From NCBI GenBank assembly GCA_025451845.1, contig JANWJS010000028.1, positions 28,189-92,188 on the forward strand: a DNA stretch of 64,000 nucleotides, written 5' to 3'. The DNA is from Steroidobacteraceae bacterium. GTDB lineage: Bacteria; Pseudomonadota; Gammaproteobacteria; Steroidobacterales; Steroidobacteraceae. Position numbers and translations under genes: made by a program. The notes under the pieces are model-generated. The model was not told the origin of the DNA and searched no databases. It saw only the letters and a program-made list of their open reading frames with translations. Positions 30,788 to 39,980 of the stretch are shown here, piece by piece (within the stretch, counting starts at the first letter, position 1; each line of letters begins with the position of its first letter).

Positions 30788-31390
30788 GTGGATGCGATCA
30801 AGACTTTCCGCTCGCGGACCGTGGTGCTTGCGGCGAGTGACGTCGATACGGACCAGATCATTCCGGCACGATTCCTCACCACGACGACACGCTCGGGCCT
30901 CGGCGCCAATCTGTTTGCGGACTGGCGCTACGGCAGCGACGGCGCTGCGCGGGCGGATTTCGTGCTGAATCGGCCCGAGGCGCAGGGGTGCACCATCCTG
31001 GTCGCGGGCAACAACTTCGGCTGCGGCTCATCGCGCGAGCACGCCCCCTGGGCGCTCACGGACTATGGCTTCCGCGCGGTGGTGAGCACGCAATTCGCGG
31101 ACATCTTTCGCGCCAACGCTTTAAAAAATCGATTGGTGCCGGTGATCGTCGATCAGGCCACGCACGGCTGGCTGGTGGAGCATCCGGGCGCGGACGTGAC
31201 CGTCGATCTCGAGAGCACGACTTTGATGCTGCCTGCCGGGCGGGCCGTACGGTTTCCGCTGGAGCCGTTTGCGCGGTATTGCCTGATGAATGGCGTCGAT
31301 GAGTTGGGATTTCTGCTCGGCAGGCAGACCGAGATTGTGGCCTACGAGCAGCGGCTTCGTTCGGCCACCGTGGCGTCGGTCGCCGGATGA
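30788..31390 (+). CDS. leuD: 3-isopropylmalate dehydratase small subunit
   Basis: ...[13 protein letters not shown]... and ...[17 protein letters not shown]... motifs. GTG start. Confidence 0.9.
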   Translation: MDAIKTFRSRTVVLAASDVDTDQIIPARFLTTTTRSGLGANLFADWRYGSDGAARADFVLNRPEAQGCTILVAGNNFGCGSSREHAPWALTDYGFRAVVSTQFADIFRANALKNRLVPVIVDQATHGWLVEHPGADVTVDLESTTLMLPAGRAVRFPLEPFARYCLMNGVDELGFLLGRQTEIVAYEQRLRSATVASVAG

Positions 31391-32454
31391 AAGCCAGCAT
31401 TGCCGTTCTGCCGGGCGACGGGATTGGGCCGGAGGTCATCGCGCAAGGATTGCGCTGCTTGCGCGCGGTTGCGGATGCTCACGGGCATGAGCTCACTCTG
31501 ACCGAGCTCCCGTTCGGCGGCGCTGCCATCGACCTTTGCGGCAATCCCCTGCCGGAGAGCACCTTGAAGGCGTGTATGGAGGCGGACGCCGTTCTCCTCG
31601 GCGCGATCGGGGGGCCCAGGTGGTCGGCGCCCGAAGCAAAGGTGCGGCCGGAGCAAGGACTCCTGGGCCTGCGCAAGGCCCTGGGGGTATATGCCAACCT
31701 GCGGCCCGTGAAGGTGCACCCTGCCCTGCTCTCCTCTTCCACGCTGAAGGCGCAGATCCTGGAGGACGTCGATCTCGTGTTCGTACGAGAGCTGACCGGC
31801 GGAATCTACTTCGGGGAGAAGCGCCGGGATGCGGTGTCCGCCACGGACGTCTGCACTTACACGGTGGCTGAAGTCGAGAGGATAGTTCGCGTGGCGGCGC
31901 GGCTGGCCCGGCAGCGCCGGCGCAAGCTGGTTTCGATCGACAAGTCGAACGTGCTCGAGACTTCGCGCCTGTGGCGGGAAGTCACCACCCGCGTGCTGCG
32001 GGCCGAGTTCCCCGATGTCTCGCTCGAGCACATGCTGGTCGATTCCGCAGCGATGCATCTCATCCGGCGACCGCGCGATTTCGACGTGCTGGTAACGGAA
32101 AACATGTTCGGGGACATCCTGACGGATGAAGCGTCGATGTTGGCCGGCTCCCTGGGACTCCTGCCGTCAGCCTCTCTGGGTGAAGGCACGCGTGGCCTTT
32201 ACGAGCCGATCCATGGCTCCGCGCCGGACATCGCCGGCCAGGGAATCGCCAACCCTTGTGGCACGATCCTGAGCGTCGCTCTTCTGCTCAGGCACTCGCT
32301 CGGACTCGAGGTGGAGGCGTCGGCGCTGGAGCGAGCCGTGTCAGAATCGATTGACGGCGGCGCGCGCACTCCGGATGTTGCCGCCAGCCGTGACGGCGCG
32401 CTGTCGACCGGACGTGTGGGCGACGCCGTGCTGGATCGAATCCGCGCCGCCTGA
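31387..32454 (+). CDS. leuB: 3-isopropylmalate dehydrogenase
   Basis: [17 protein letters not shown]... and ...[26 protein letters not shown]... motifs. The ATG overlaps the leuD TGA (ATGA). Confidence 0.92.
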   Translation: MKASIAVLPGDGIGPEVIAQGLRCLRAVADAHGHELTLTELPFGGAAIDLCGNPLPESTLKACMEADAVLLGAIGGPRWSAPEAKVRPEQGLLGLRKALGVYANLRPVKVHPALLSSSTLKAQILEDVDLVFVRELTGGIYFGEKRRDAVSATDVCTYTVAEVERIVRVAARLARQRRRKLVSIDKSNVLETSRLWREVTTRVLRAEFPDVSLEHMLVDSAAMHLIRRPRDFDVLVTENMFGDILTDEASMLAGSLGLLPSASLGEGTRGLYEPIHGSAPDIAGQGIANPCGTILSVALLLRHSLGLEVEASALERAVSESIDGGARTPDVAASRDGALSTGRVGDAVLDRIRAA

Positions 32455-32479
32455 GTCCGGGACCTGCGGGCAAGGGCGC

Positions 32480-33694
32480 CTAGCAGGCGGCGGCGAGCGC
32501 CTCCACGCGATGCGGCCGGGCGAGCGCCGCCCGCTCCAGGCCCGCGGCCAGATCAGCCCGCAGGTCCTCGAAGGCTTCGATGCCGATCGAGAGACGGATG
32601 AGGCCATCCACCAGGCCCGCCTTCAGGCGTGCGGACGGGTCCATCGCGGCGTGAGTCATGCTGGCCGGATGGGCCACGAGGCTCTCGACGCCGCCGAGCG
32701 ACTCGGCCAGCGAGAAGCAGGTCAGCTCGGCGCAGAAAGCGCGCACGGCCTCGTGGCCTCCCTCGAGCTCCAAGGTGACGATGGCGCCGTAGCCGCGCTG
32801 CTGGCGGCGGGCCACTTCGTGGCCGGGATGGGTGGGCAGGCCGGGGTAGTACACGCACCTGACGCCAGGTTGTCCTACCAGCCATTCGGCAAGCCCCGTT
32901 GCATTGCGGCCGTGATGCTCGAGCCGCGCGTGCAGCGTGCGCAGGCCTCTGAGCGTCAAATAGCTGTCGAAGGGAGCGCCAGTGATCCCCAGACAGTTGG
33001 CCCACCAGACCAGCTGCTCGTGTTGCTCCTGGGTTTGGGCCACCACCGCGCCGCCCACCACGTCGCTGTGGCCATTCAGGTACTTGGTCGTCGAGTGGAC
33101 GACGAGGTCGGCCCCCAGAGTGAGCGGCTGCTGCCAGGCGGGCGACAGGAATGTGTTGTCGACCGCGACGAGCGCGCCGGCCGCATGCCCGAGCTCCGCG
33201 AAGTGCTCGATGTCGGTGATGCGCAGCAGCGGATTGCTCGGCGTCTCGATCCACAGAAGCGCCGTCGGCCTGGCGAGGGCGGCCTTCACCGCCGCGAGAT
33301 CGCCGAAGTCGACGAACTCCACCTGCCGCTCGCCCCGGCGGCGCCAGGCATCGAACAATCGGTACGTGCCACCGTAGCAGTCATGGGGCGCCACGATGCG
33401 GGCTCCGGCCGGAATCAGATAGCCCACCAGAGTCACTGCGGCCATGCCGGTCGCGGTGACGACGGCGCCGAGTCCCGACTCGAGCTCCGCGATCGCCTCG
33501 CCGAGCAGATCGCGCGTGGGATTGCCCGAGCGCGTGTAGTCGTACCGGCGCTTCTCCCCGAAGCCGCGGAACGCGAAGGTCGAGGTCAGGTGGATCGGCG
33601 GCACCACGGCACCGGTGGCGTCATCGCATTCGAGGCCCGCGCGCACGGTCTGCGTGACCTGATTGGCGGCGTGGCGGCGTGTCAGCTTGCTCAT
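32480..33694 (-). CDS. Cys/Met-metabolism PLP enzyme (cystathionine gamma-synthase / O-acylhomoserine sulfhydrylase family)
   Basis: ...YDYTRSGNPTR... and ...VVHSTTKYLNGHSDVVGG... (PLP lysine motif). Sits 3 nt downstream of metX on the same strand. Confidence 0.8.
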   Translation of the reverse strand: MSKLTRRHAANQVTQTVRAGLECDDATGAVVPPIHLTSTFAFRGFGEKRRYDYTRSGNPTRDLLGEAIAELESGLGAVVTATGMAAVTLVGYLIPAGARIVAPHDCYGGTYRLFDAWRRRGERQVEFVDFGDLAAVKAALARPTALLWIETPSNPLLRITDIEHFAELGHAAGALVAVDNTFLSPAWQQPLTLGADLVVHSTTKYLNGHSDVVGGAVVAQTQEQHEQLVWWANCLGITGAPFDSYLTLRGLRTLHARLEHHGRNATGLAEWLVGQPGVRCVYYPGLPTHPGHEVARRQQRGYGAIVTLELEGGHEAVRAFCAELTCFSLAESLGGVESLVAHPASMTHAAMDPSARLKAGLVDGLIRLSIGIEAFEDLRADLAAGLERAALARPHRVEALAAAC

Positions 33695-33697
33695 GGC

Positions 33698-34786
33698 TCA
33701 GTTGGTCTCCAACGCTGCGGCGAACGCGCCGCTCAGCTGCTGTGGTTCCTTGAGGAAGGCGTCGTGCCCGTAGATCGAGGAAATCTCGTGGAAGCGGCCG
33801 GCGCCGAGGCGCGCCACCATGCCGCGTACGTCCGCGAACGGGACCAGTTGGTCCTCGCGAATGGCGACCGCAATCGTCGGAGCGAAGATGCGGCTCGCAT
33901 CGACGCGGTGCAGATCGATGGATTCCGACAGGCAAAGAAAGGATTCGGGCCGATGGCGCGCCGCATAGTCACTGCCACGGGCCAGAAGATAGCGCTCCAC
34001 CGGAAACACGAACCGGTCCGACTCCAATGCCGGGAGACCGGCGAACCGCGCCCCGAGCTCCTCGCTGCTACGGTAAGTCGCCATGGCCAGCGCGCGCGCC
34101 AGCTTCAGCCCTTCGGCGGCACGGCCGCTCGCGCGCGTGAGGCGCACGATCTCCCTTTGAACACTGCGCCAGGCGGTGGCGAGCGGATGCGGCCGGTCGG
34201 CGGCGCAGATCACGAGCAGGCGCCCCGCCCGCTCCGGATACCGCTCGCCGAAAGCAAGCGCCACCATGCCGCCGTAGGAGCCGCCCGCGATCGCCCGCAG
34301 TGACGGGATACCGAGATGATTGAGCAGGCGCAGGAGGAGCTCGGCCTGATCGTACGTCGAGATGCTGGGGAACGGCTCCGCGGCACGCGGGCCGGTCGTC
34401 TCACCGCCGCCGCCGAGGTAATCGAAGCTGAGAACACGGTAGCGGTGGGTATCGAGCGGCCGGTCCGGCCCGGCCACCTCCGACCACCAGCCACCGCGCA
34501 GCCGCTCGCGATGCGTCATCTCCGAGCCGCCCGCGCGTCGCGGCTCATCGCTGAGACACACGTAACGGCTAGCGGAAATGCCGCCCAGAGCGCAGACGAC
34601 GGGAGCGTTGGCCGGCCCCACCATGCGCCAGCCGAGGCGCACGCCGCTCAATCGCCCGCCGTGATGGAGAGCCCACTCGCCGGGGATTTCCAGCACCCCC
34701 TCGCGTGCCGCCGGATCGGCGGACGGCGATCGTTCGAGCGCATGTATCCCGGGAGGGATCACGACTGGCTCGGCAATGGCGTTCAT
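33698..34786 (-). CDS. metX: Homoserine O-acyltransferase MetX
   Basis: Alpha/beta-hydrolase MetX blocks (...VCALGGISASRYV..., ...GGSYGGMVALAFG..., ...IYGHDAFLKE...). Preceded by a SAM-I riboswitch. Confidence 0.85.
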   Translation of the reverse strand: MNAIAEPVVIPPGIHALERSPSADPAAREGVLEIPGEWALHHGGRLSGVRLGWRMVGPANAPVVCALGGISASRYVCLSDEPRRAGGSEMTHRERLRGGWWSEVAGPDRPLDTHRYRVLSFDYLGGGGETTGPRAAEPFPSISTYDQAELLLRLLNHLGIPSLRAIAGGSYGGMVALAFGERYPERAGRLLVICAADRPHPLATAWRSVQREIVRLTRASGRAAEGLKLARALAMATYRSSEELGARFAGLPALESDRFVFPVERYLLARGSDYAARHRPESFLCLSESIDLHRVDASRIFAPTIAVAIREDQLVPFADVRGMVARLGAGRFHEISSIYGHDAFLKEPQQLSGAFAAALETN

Positions 34787-34791
34787 CGGAA

Positions 34792-34837
34792 GCTCCGCAA
34801 TTCTTCTGGCCCGGTCTCACCGGCCCTCCTGCGGAGC
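34792..34837 (-). promoter_or_regulatory. SD-sequestering helix of the metX riboswitch expression platform
   Basis: On the minus-strand RNA, GCUCCGCA (plus coordinates 34830-34837) is the exact complement of UGCGGAGC (34792-34799). The latter contains the GGAG SD 6 nt before the metX ATG (34786). Confidence 0.5.
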
Positions 34838-34911
34838 GCCCACCAGGAACCTGGCGGGTTGTCGCGTCCATCCCGCCGCGCCAAGGGGGCACGGCAAGGC
34901 TACGCTGACCG

Positions 34912-35045
34912 CTCATCTGTCGATCGGGCTGCGGGCACCCATATGCCGCGCGGCTGATCGCAGGAGTTGGCACCTTTCCAGGATGGTTGGTCCTGGCGGT
35001 TGCCCCGGCGTCTAAGGGCCTTATCCCTCAGCCGGTCTCGATGAG
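34912..35045 (-). promoter_or_regulatory. SAM-I (S-box) riboswitch aptamer
   Basis: The minus-strand RNA reads CUCAUC-GAGACCGGCUGAGGGAUAAGGCCCUUAGACGCCGGGGCAACC-GCCAGGA...UCCUGG-AAAGGUGCCAACUCCUGCGA...AGAUGAG. This matches the conserved SAM-I core (GAGGGA, GGCCC, GCAACC, GGUGCCAA.UCC.GC) and the closing P1 helix CUCAUC/GAUGAG. Confidence 0.85.
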
Positions 35046-35155
35046 TGGGAGGCAGTTTAGGGTGCGGGGACGCGACACGTCAAGCGGCACTCCCGTGCTG
35101 CAGCTCACGCCGCTGCCATCATGGCAACCGCCCGACTGGCGCCGGCGCCAGTCCC

Positions 35156-35173
35156 GTGCTAATGTACTAGCAC
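35156..35173 (+). promoter_or_regulatory. Palindromic candidate operator upstream of yerC-hisG
   Basis: GTGCTA-ATGTAC-TAGCAC is a perfect 6-bp inverted repeat containing a GTACTAG element like the E. coli trp operator half-site. It lies about 20 nt upstream of the TrpR-like gene start. Confidence 0.3.
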
Positions 35174-35193
35174 GCTATTACATTGGCATGTGC

Positions 35194-35532
35194 ATGAAAA
35201 CCCATCGCAGTCTCACGCCCCGCCAGGAGGCGCTCGCCGAGCGCCACCTCTACGCCGCCATCGCCAGCCTGCGCAGCGCGGAAGAGGTGCGCGCATTCCT
35301 GCGTGACCTGTGCACGCCGGCGGAGCTGCAAGCCATGGCGGATCGCTGGGCCGTGGTGGACTACCTCGGCCGGGGGCTGCCCTACCGGGAGATCCACCGC
35401 CTCACCGGCGTCAGCGTGACGACCATCGGCCGCGTGGCGCGCTTCCTCGCCGCAGGCAACGGCGGCTACGCGCTCGCCGCCTCCAGACTGGACAAGTCGC
35501 GTCCGCAGCCCGAGGCGCCCCGCCATGGATGA
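35194..35532 (+). CDS. TrpR-like YerC/YecD family protein
   Basis: MKTHRSLTPRQEALAERHLYAAIASLRSAEEVRAFLRDLCTPAELQAMADRWAVVDYL..GLPYREIHRLTGVSVTTIGRVARFL shows the YerC/TrpR fold pattern. Start is ATG 35194 or 35188. The stop overlaps the hisG start by 8 nt. Confidence 0.75.
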   Translation: MKTHRSLTPRQEALAERHLYAAIASLRSAEEVRAFLRDLCTPAELQAMADRWAVVDYLGRGLPYREIHRLTGVSVTTIGRVARFLAAGNGGYALAASRLDKSRPQPEAPRHG

Positions 35533-36421
35533 GCTGCGCCTGAAGCTCGCCATACAGAAGTCGGGGCGGCTGACCGACCCTTCGCTCGACCTGCTGCTGC
35601 GCTGCGGACTGAAAATCTCGCGCGGCAAGGACCAGCTGATGGCTTACGGCGAGAACATGCCGCTCGATGTGCTCTTCGTGCGCGACGACGACATCCCGGA
35701 TCTGGTGCAGGAAGATGTCTGCGACCTCGGGCTCGTCGGGCGCAACGTGCTGGAGGAGAAGCGCCTGGAGCTCGCCGCACGCGGCCATCCGGCGCGCTTC
35801 CAGCCGGTGCGCACGCTCGATTTCGGCCGCTGCCGCCTAGCGCTCGCCGTGCCCGAGGGCACCGCGTTCGAGGGGCCACGCACCCTGCGCGGCAAGCGCA
35901 TCGCGACGACGTATCCCTTTCTGCTCGAGAACTATCTGCGCGAGCGCGATGTCGCCGCGGAGATCGTCACGCTCTCCGGCGCGGTGGAGATCGCCCCGCG
36001 CCTCGGGCGGGCCGATCTCATCTGTGATCTGGTCTCGACCGGATCGACGCTGCAAGCCAACCACCTGCGCGAAGTCGAGACCGTTCTCGAGAGCCACGCG
36101 GTGCTCATCCGTACGCCGCTCGGTCTGCCGCCGGTGAAGGACGAATGGGTGCAACGGCTGCTCATGCGCATCGATGGGGTGCAGCAGGTACGTGAGAGCA
36201 AGTACATCATGCTGCACGCGCCGCGTGCTGCGCTCGGCGAGATCCGCAAGCTCCTGCCGGGCAGCGAGTCGCCGACCATCATTCCGCTCGAGGGCTTCCC
36301 CGATCGAGTGGCGATTCACGCCGTATGCCGCGAGAACGTGTTCTGGGAGACGCTGGAGAGCCTGAAGAAGGCCGGCGCCAGCGCGCTTCTCGTGCTGCCG
36401 GTCGAGAAGATGCTGGCCTGA
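35525..36421 (+). CDS. hisG: ATP phosphoribosyltransferase (long form)
   Basis: MDELRLKLAIQKSGRL...DIPDLVQEDVCDLGLVG... Long-form length of 298 aa with a C-terminal regulatory domain. Confidence 0.9.
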   Translation: MDELRLKLAIQKSGRLTDPSLDLLLRCGLKISRGKDQLMAYGENMPLDVLFVRDDDIPDLVQEDVCDLGLVGRNVLEEKRLELAARGHPARFQPVRTLDFGRCRLALAVPEGTAFEGPRTLRGKRIATTYPFLLENYLRERDVAAEIVTLSGAVEIAPRLGRADLICDLVSTGSTLQANHLREVETVLESHAVLIRTPLGLPPVKDEWVQRLLMRIDGVQQVRESKYIMLHAPRAALGEIRKLLPGSESPTIIPLEGFPDRVAIHAVCRENVFWETLESLKKAGASALLVLPVEKMLA

Positions 36422-36424
36422 GCG

Positions 36425-37783
36425 ATGCGTATCCTCGACTGGGAATCGCTCGCCGCCGGCGAGCGCCGCGCGGCACTCTCACGCCCCGCACAGGTAGCCC
36501 GCGACGACGTCGAGACGCTCGCGCGCGAAGTGATCGCCAACGTCCGCGCCGCAGGGGATGATGCGCTGCGCGCCTACACCAGGCGTTTCGACGACACCGA
36601 GCTCGAGTGCCTGGCGGCGAGCCGGGAGGAGTTTTCCCAAGCCGAGCGCGCGCTGACCTCGGAGCAGCGGGCCGCCCTCGAGCGCGCCATCGACAACGTC
36701 GAGCGCTTCCATCGCGCACAGCAACCTGACAGCCTGACGCTCGAAACCATGCCCGGCGTGCGGTGTGAGCGGGTCATTCGGCCAATCTCGGCCGTCGGTC
36801 TCTACGTGCCCGCCGGCTCCGCGCCCCTTCCCTCCACTGTCGTCATGTTGGCCGTCCCGGCGCGCATCGCCGGCTGCCCGCAGCGCGTGTTGTGCACGCC
36901 GCCGCGCCGTGACGGCAGGGCCAATCCCGCGGTGCTCTTTACGGCCCGCCTCTGCGGCATCGAGTTGGTGTTCAAGGTGGGCGGCGCACAAGCCATCGCC
37001 GCAATGGCGTACGGCACCGAGACGGTTCCCAAGGTCGCCAAGATCTTCGGCCCGGGCAACGCCTGGGTGACAGCCGCCAAACAGACGGTGGCGGCCGACC
37101 CGGCCGGCGCAGCGTGCGACATGCCCGCGGGCCCCTCGGAAGTACTGGTGATCGCTGACGAGAGTGCGCACCCCGAATTCGTCGCTGCCGACCTCCTCGC
37201 CCAGGCCGAGCACGATACGCAGTCGCAGGCAATCCTGCTGACGCCGAGCCGCCCGCTCGCCGAGGCAGTCGCGGCCGCGGTGGCGAGCCAGACACTCGCT
37301 CTGTCCCGCCGGGTGATTCTGGAGCAGTCGCTCGCGAGCAGCCGTTGCATCGTCGTCAGGGATCTCGACAGCGCCCTCGAGGTGGCCAACGAATACGCCG
37401 CGGAGCATCTGATCCTCGAGGTGCGCGAGCCGCGCCGCTGGCTCGAAAAAGTGGCGAGCGCCGGCTCGGTGTTTCTCGGCGCCTGGTCGCCGGAGCCGAT
37501 GGGAGACTACTGCTCGGGCACCAACCATGTGTTGCCGACCTACGGCTATGCGCGCGCTTATAGTGGGCTTTCGGTGCTCGATTTCGTCAAGCGGATCACC
37601 GTGCAGGAGCTCTCGCCCGAGGGCCTGCGCTCACTGGGTCCGGCCGCTATCGCGCTGGCGCGGCTCGAGGGTCTCGATGGGCACGCCAGCGCCGTGACGC
37701 GCCGGCTCGCGGCGCTTGCAGCGGGCCAGGGGGGAACAGCGTCCGAAGGTCCCGTCGCGCGCCATGCGGGGAGCACCTCGTGA
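36425..37783 (+). CDS. hisD: Histidinol dehydrogenase
   Basis: ...IFGPGNAWVTAAK...AGPSEVLVIADE...QAEHD... motifs. Confidence 0.9.
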   Translation: MRILDWESLAAGERRAALSRPAQVARDDVETLAREVIANVRAAGDDALRAYTRRFDDTELECLAASREEFSQAERALTSEQRAALERAIDNVERFHRAQQPDSLTLETMPGVRCERVIRPISAVGLYVPAGSAPLPSTVVMLAVPARIAGCPQRVLCTPPRRDGRANPAVLFTARLCGIELVFKVGGAQAIAAMAYGTETVPKVAKIFGPGNAWVTAAKQTVAADPAGAACDMPAGPSEVLVIADESAHPEFVAADLLAQAEHDTQSQAILLTPSRPLAEAVAAAVASQTLALSRRVILEQSLASSRCIVVRDLDSALEVANEYAAEHLILEVREPRRWLEKVASAGSVFLGAWSPEPMGDYCSGTNHVLPTYGYARAYSGLSVLDFVKRITVQELSPEGLRSLGPAAIALARLEGLDGHASAVTRRLAALAAGQGGTASEGPVARHAGSTS

Positions 37784-38835
37784 GCTGGGTTCACGAGCTG
37801 GCTCGACCTGACATCGTGGCCCTCAAGCCCTACGAGCCCGCCTCCTGGGAGCCGAGCCTCGAGCGGCTGCATGCCAACGAGCTGCCCTGGCGGCCCGCGG
37901 ACGACGGCTCGTGCGCCGGACTCAACCGCTATCCGGAGCCGCAGCCGCGGGCGCTCATCGAGCGCCTCGCGGACCTCTACGCTATCCCCCCTGAATCCCT
38001 CCTGGTGGGACGCGGCAGCGATGAAGCGATTGACCTTCTGACACGCGCCTTCTGCCGCGCCGGCTACGATGCGGTGCTCGTGTGTCCGCCTACTTTCGGC
38101 ATGTATTCGGTAAGCGCGCGGATCCAGGGCGCCGAAGTCCTGCAGACGCCGCTCCTGGCGGCGAACGGCTTTGCGCTCGATGAGCAAGGCCTGCTCGAGC
38201 ATTGCACCGCGGCCGTCAAACTGGTCTTTCTCTGCTCACCCAACAACCCGACCGGCAATCTGCTCGATGAGAAGGCGATCCTGCGCATCGCGCGGCGCCT
38301 GGCCGGGCGCGCCCTGGTAGTCATCGACGAGGCCTATATCGAATTCGCCGGGCGCCCGAGCCTCGCACGGCGGGTCGCGGAGTTGCCCAACCTCGCGATT
38401 CTGCGCACCCTGTCGAAGGCTCACGGCCTTGCCGGAGCACGCTGCGGCGCGCTCATCGCCGATCCGGAGATCATCGTCCTGCTGCGCAAAATCATTCCGC
38501 CATACGCCATTGCGCAGTTGACCCTGGAGGCGGTGCTCGACCGCCTGACTCGGGAGGCTCGCGCGCAGTCCCTGGCGCGCCTGGAGGTATTACTCGCGGA
38601 GCGCGCGCGCCTCATGCAGGGGCTCCCCCGCCTGTCCCGCGTGACGAGAGTCTGGCCGAGCGATGCCAACTTCGTGCTCGCGGAATTCCAGGATGCCGGA
38701 GCAGCCTTGGCATGCGCCCGCGAGGCGCGCCTCCTGGTGCGTGATGCTCGCGGTTATCCGGGACTGGGACGCGCGCTGCGTATCACGGTCGGGACGCCGG
38801 AGCAGAACGGCCGATTGCTGGAGACATGGGCATGA
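37780..38835 (+). CDS. hisC: Histidinol-phosphate aminotransferase
   Basis: ...LNRYPEPQP..., ...CSPNNPTGN..., ...RTLSKAHGLAGARCG... (PLP lysine). 4-nt overlap with hisD. Confidence 0.9.
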   Translation: MSWVHELARPDIVALKPYEPASWEPSLERLHANELPWRPADDGSCAGLNRYPEPQPRALIERLADLYAIPPESLLVGRGSDEAIDLLTRAFCRAGYDAVLVCPPTFGMYSVSARIQGAEVLQTPLLAANGFALDEQGLLEHCTAAVKLVFLCSPNNPTGNLLDEKAILRIARRLAGRALVVIDEAYIEFAGRPSLARRVAELPNLAILRTLSKAHGLAGARCGALIADPEIIVLLRKIIPPYAIAQLTLEAVLDRLTREARAQSLARLEVLLAERARLMQGLPRLSRVTRVWPSDANFVLAEFQDAGAALACAREARLLVRDARGYPGLGRALRITVGTPEQNGRLLETWA

Positions 38836-39980
38836 CAAAATCGCCGGCAGCGATTTTGCACGCGGCGAAGCCGCGGCCCCGCAGGGGCGAGGCTCAGGAT
38901 GAGCCGAGAAAGCGTCCCGCCGCGACGCTCTTCATCGATCGCGACGGCACTCTGGTGGAGGAGCCGCCGGACGAGCAGGTCGACTCCCTGGAGAAAGTGC
39001 GCTTCATGCCAGGGGTATTCGCCGCGCTTGCGGACCTCACACGCCACGGCTATCGCCTGGTTCTGGTCACCAACCAGGACGGGCTCGGCACCGACTCCTT
39101 TCCGCAGGCGGCGTTCGAGCGGCCGCAGCAATTCATTCTCGAGACGCTGCGCTCGCAGGGAATCGAGTTCGATGCGATCTTCGTCTGCCCGCATCGCAAA
39201 AGCGACGGATGCGGCTGCCGCAAGCCCAACACGGGACTGGTGACGGACTACATCCGCACGAGCGGCGTGGACCTCTCCACCAGCGCGGTCGTGGGCGATC
39301 GCGACACCGACCTGCAATTTGCAACCAACCTCGGCGTGCGCGGGGTGCGGGTGCGGCGCGACGGAACACCTGACGAGACTTGGGGCGCGGCCGTGCGCAG
39401 CCTGACCGCGCGTCGTGCCCAGGTTGGCCGGCGCACGCGCGAGACGCAGATCGACGTGCGTGTGAATCTCGACGACCCCTCTCCCATCCGCATCACCACA
39501 GGCATCGGCTTCTTCGACCACATGCTGGAGCAGCTCGCCAAGCACGGCGGCTTTGCGCTCGAGCTCGCTTGCGAGGGCGACCTCGAGATTGACGAGCATC
39601 ACACGGTGGAGGATTGCGCGCTCGCCATCGGGGAAGCGCTGCGCCGGGCGCTCGGCTCCAAGGTGGGCATCGCGCGCTACGGCTTCCTCCTGCCGATGGA
39701 CGAAGCGCAGGCGCGGGTCGCGATCGATCTGTCCGGCCGCGCGTGCGCGCAGTTCTCCGGGAGCTTCAACCGCGAGGCGGTCGGCGGGCTGCCGACGGAG
39801 CTGGTGCCCCACTTCTTCCGCTCTCTGGCGGAGTCGCTCGGGGCGGCGGTGCACGTGAGCGTCACGGGCGAGAACAGCCACCACATGATCGAGGCCAGCT
39901 TCAAGGGCGTCGGCCGGGCGCTGCGCCAGGCGCTGCGGCGCGAAAGCGGCGAGCTGCCGAGCACCAAGGGAGTGTTGTGA
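38826..39980 (+). CDS. hisB: Bifunctional histidinol-phosphatase / imidazoleglycerol-phosphate dehydratase
   Basis: ...LFIDRDGTLVEEPP...VTNQDGLG...CPH....CGCRKP... phosphatase half, then ...RETQIDVRVNLD...GFFDHMLEQLAKHGGF...HHTVED... dehydratase half. Roughly 30-aa N-terminal extension relative to E. coli HisB as I recall it. Confidence 0.9.
   Translation: MGMTKSPAAILHAAKPRPRRGEAQDEPRKRPAATLFIDRDGTLVEEPPDEQVDSLEKVRFMPGVFAALADLTRHGYRLVLVTNQDGLGTDSFPQAAFERPQQFILETLRSQGIEFDAIFVCPHRKSDGCGCRKPNTGLVTDYIRTSGVDLSTSAVVGDRDTDLQFATNLGVRGVRVRRDGTPDETWGAAVRSLTARRAQVGRRTRETQIDVRVNLDDPSPIRITTGIGFFDHMLEQLAKHGGFALELACEGDLEIDEHHTVEDCALAIGEALRRALGSKVGIARYGFLLPMDEAQARVAIDLSGRACAQFSGSFNREAVGGLPTELVPHFFRSLAESLGAAVHVSVTGENSHHMIEASFKGVGRALRQALRRESGELPSTKGVL

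Noticed and set aside
32351-34303. 650-aa plus-strand ORF.
   Set aside because: It is antisense to the PLP trans-sulfuration gene and metX, both of which have clear family motifs. Its composition is low-complexity Arg/Ala/Gly.
34987-35193. 5' extension of the yerC-like track ORF.
   Set aside because: It overlaps the SAM-I riboswitch on the other strand and has no protein-like features. The family-typical N-terminus starts at MKTHRSL (35194).
35046-35193. Search for a His-codon leader peptide or attenuator upstream of the his operon.
   Set aside because: Only a single CAT-CAT pair was found, with no terminator-like hairpin. The region is instead occupied by the divergent metX riboswitch promoter area and the yerC palindrome.
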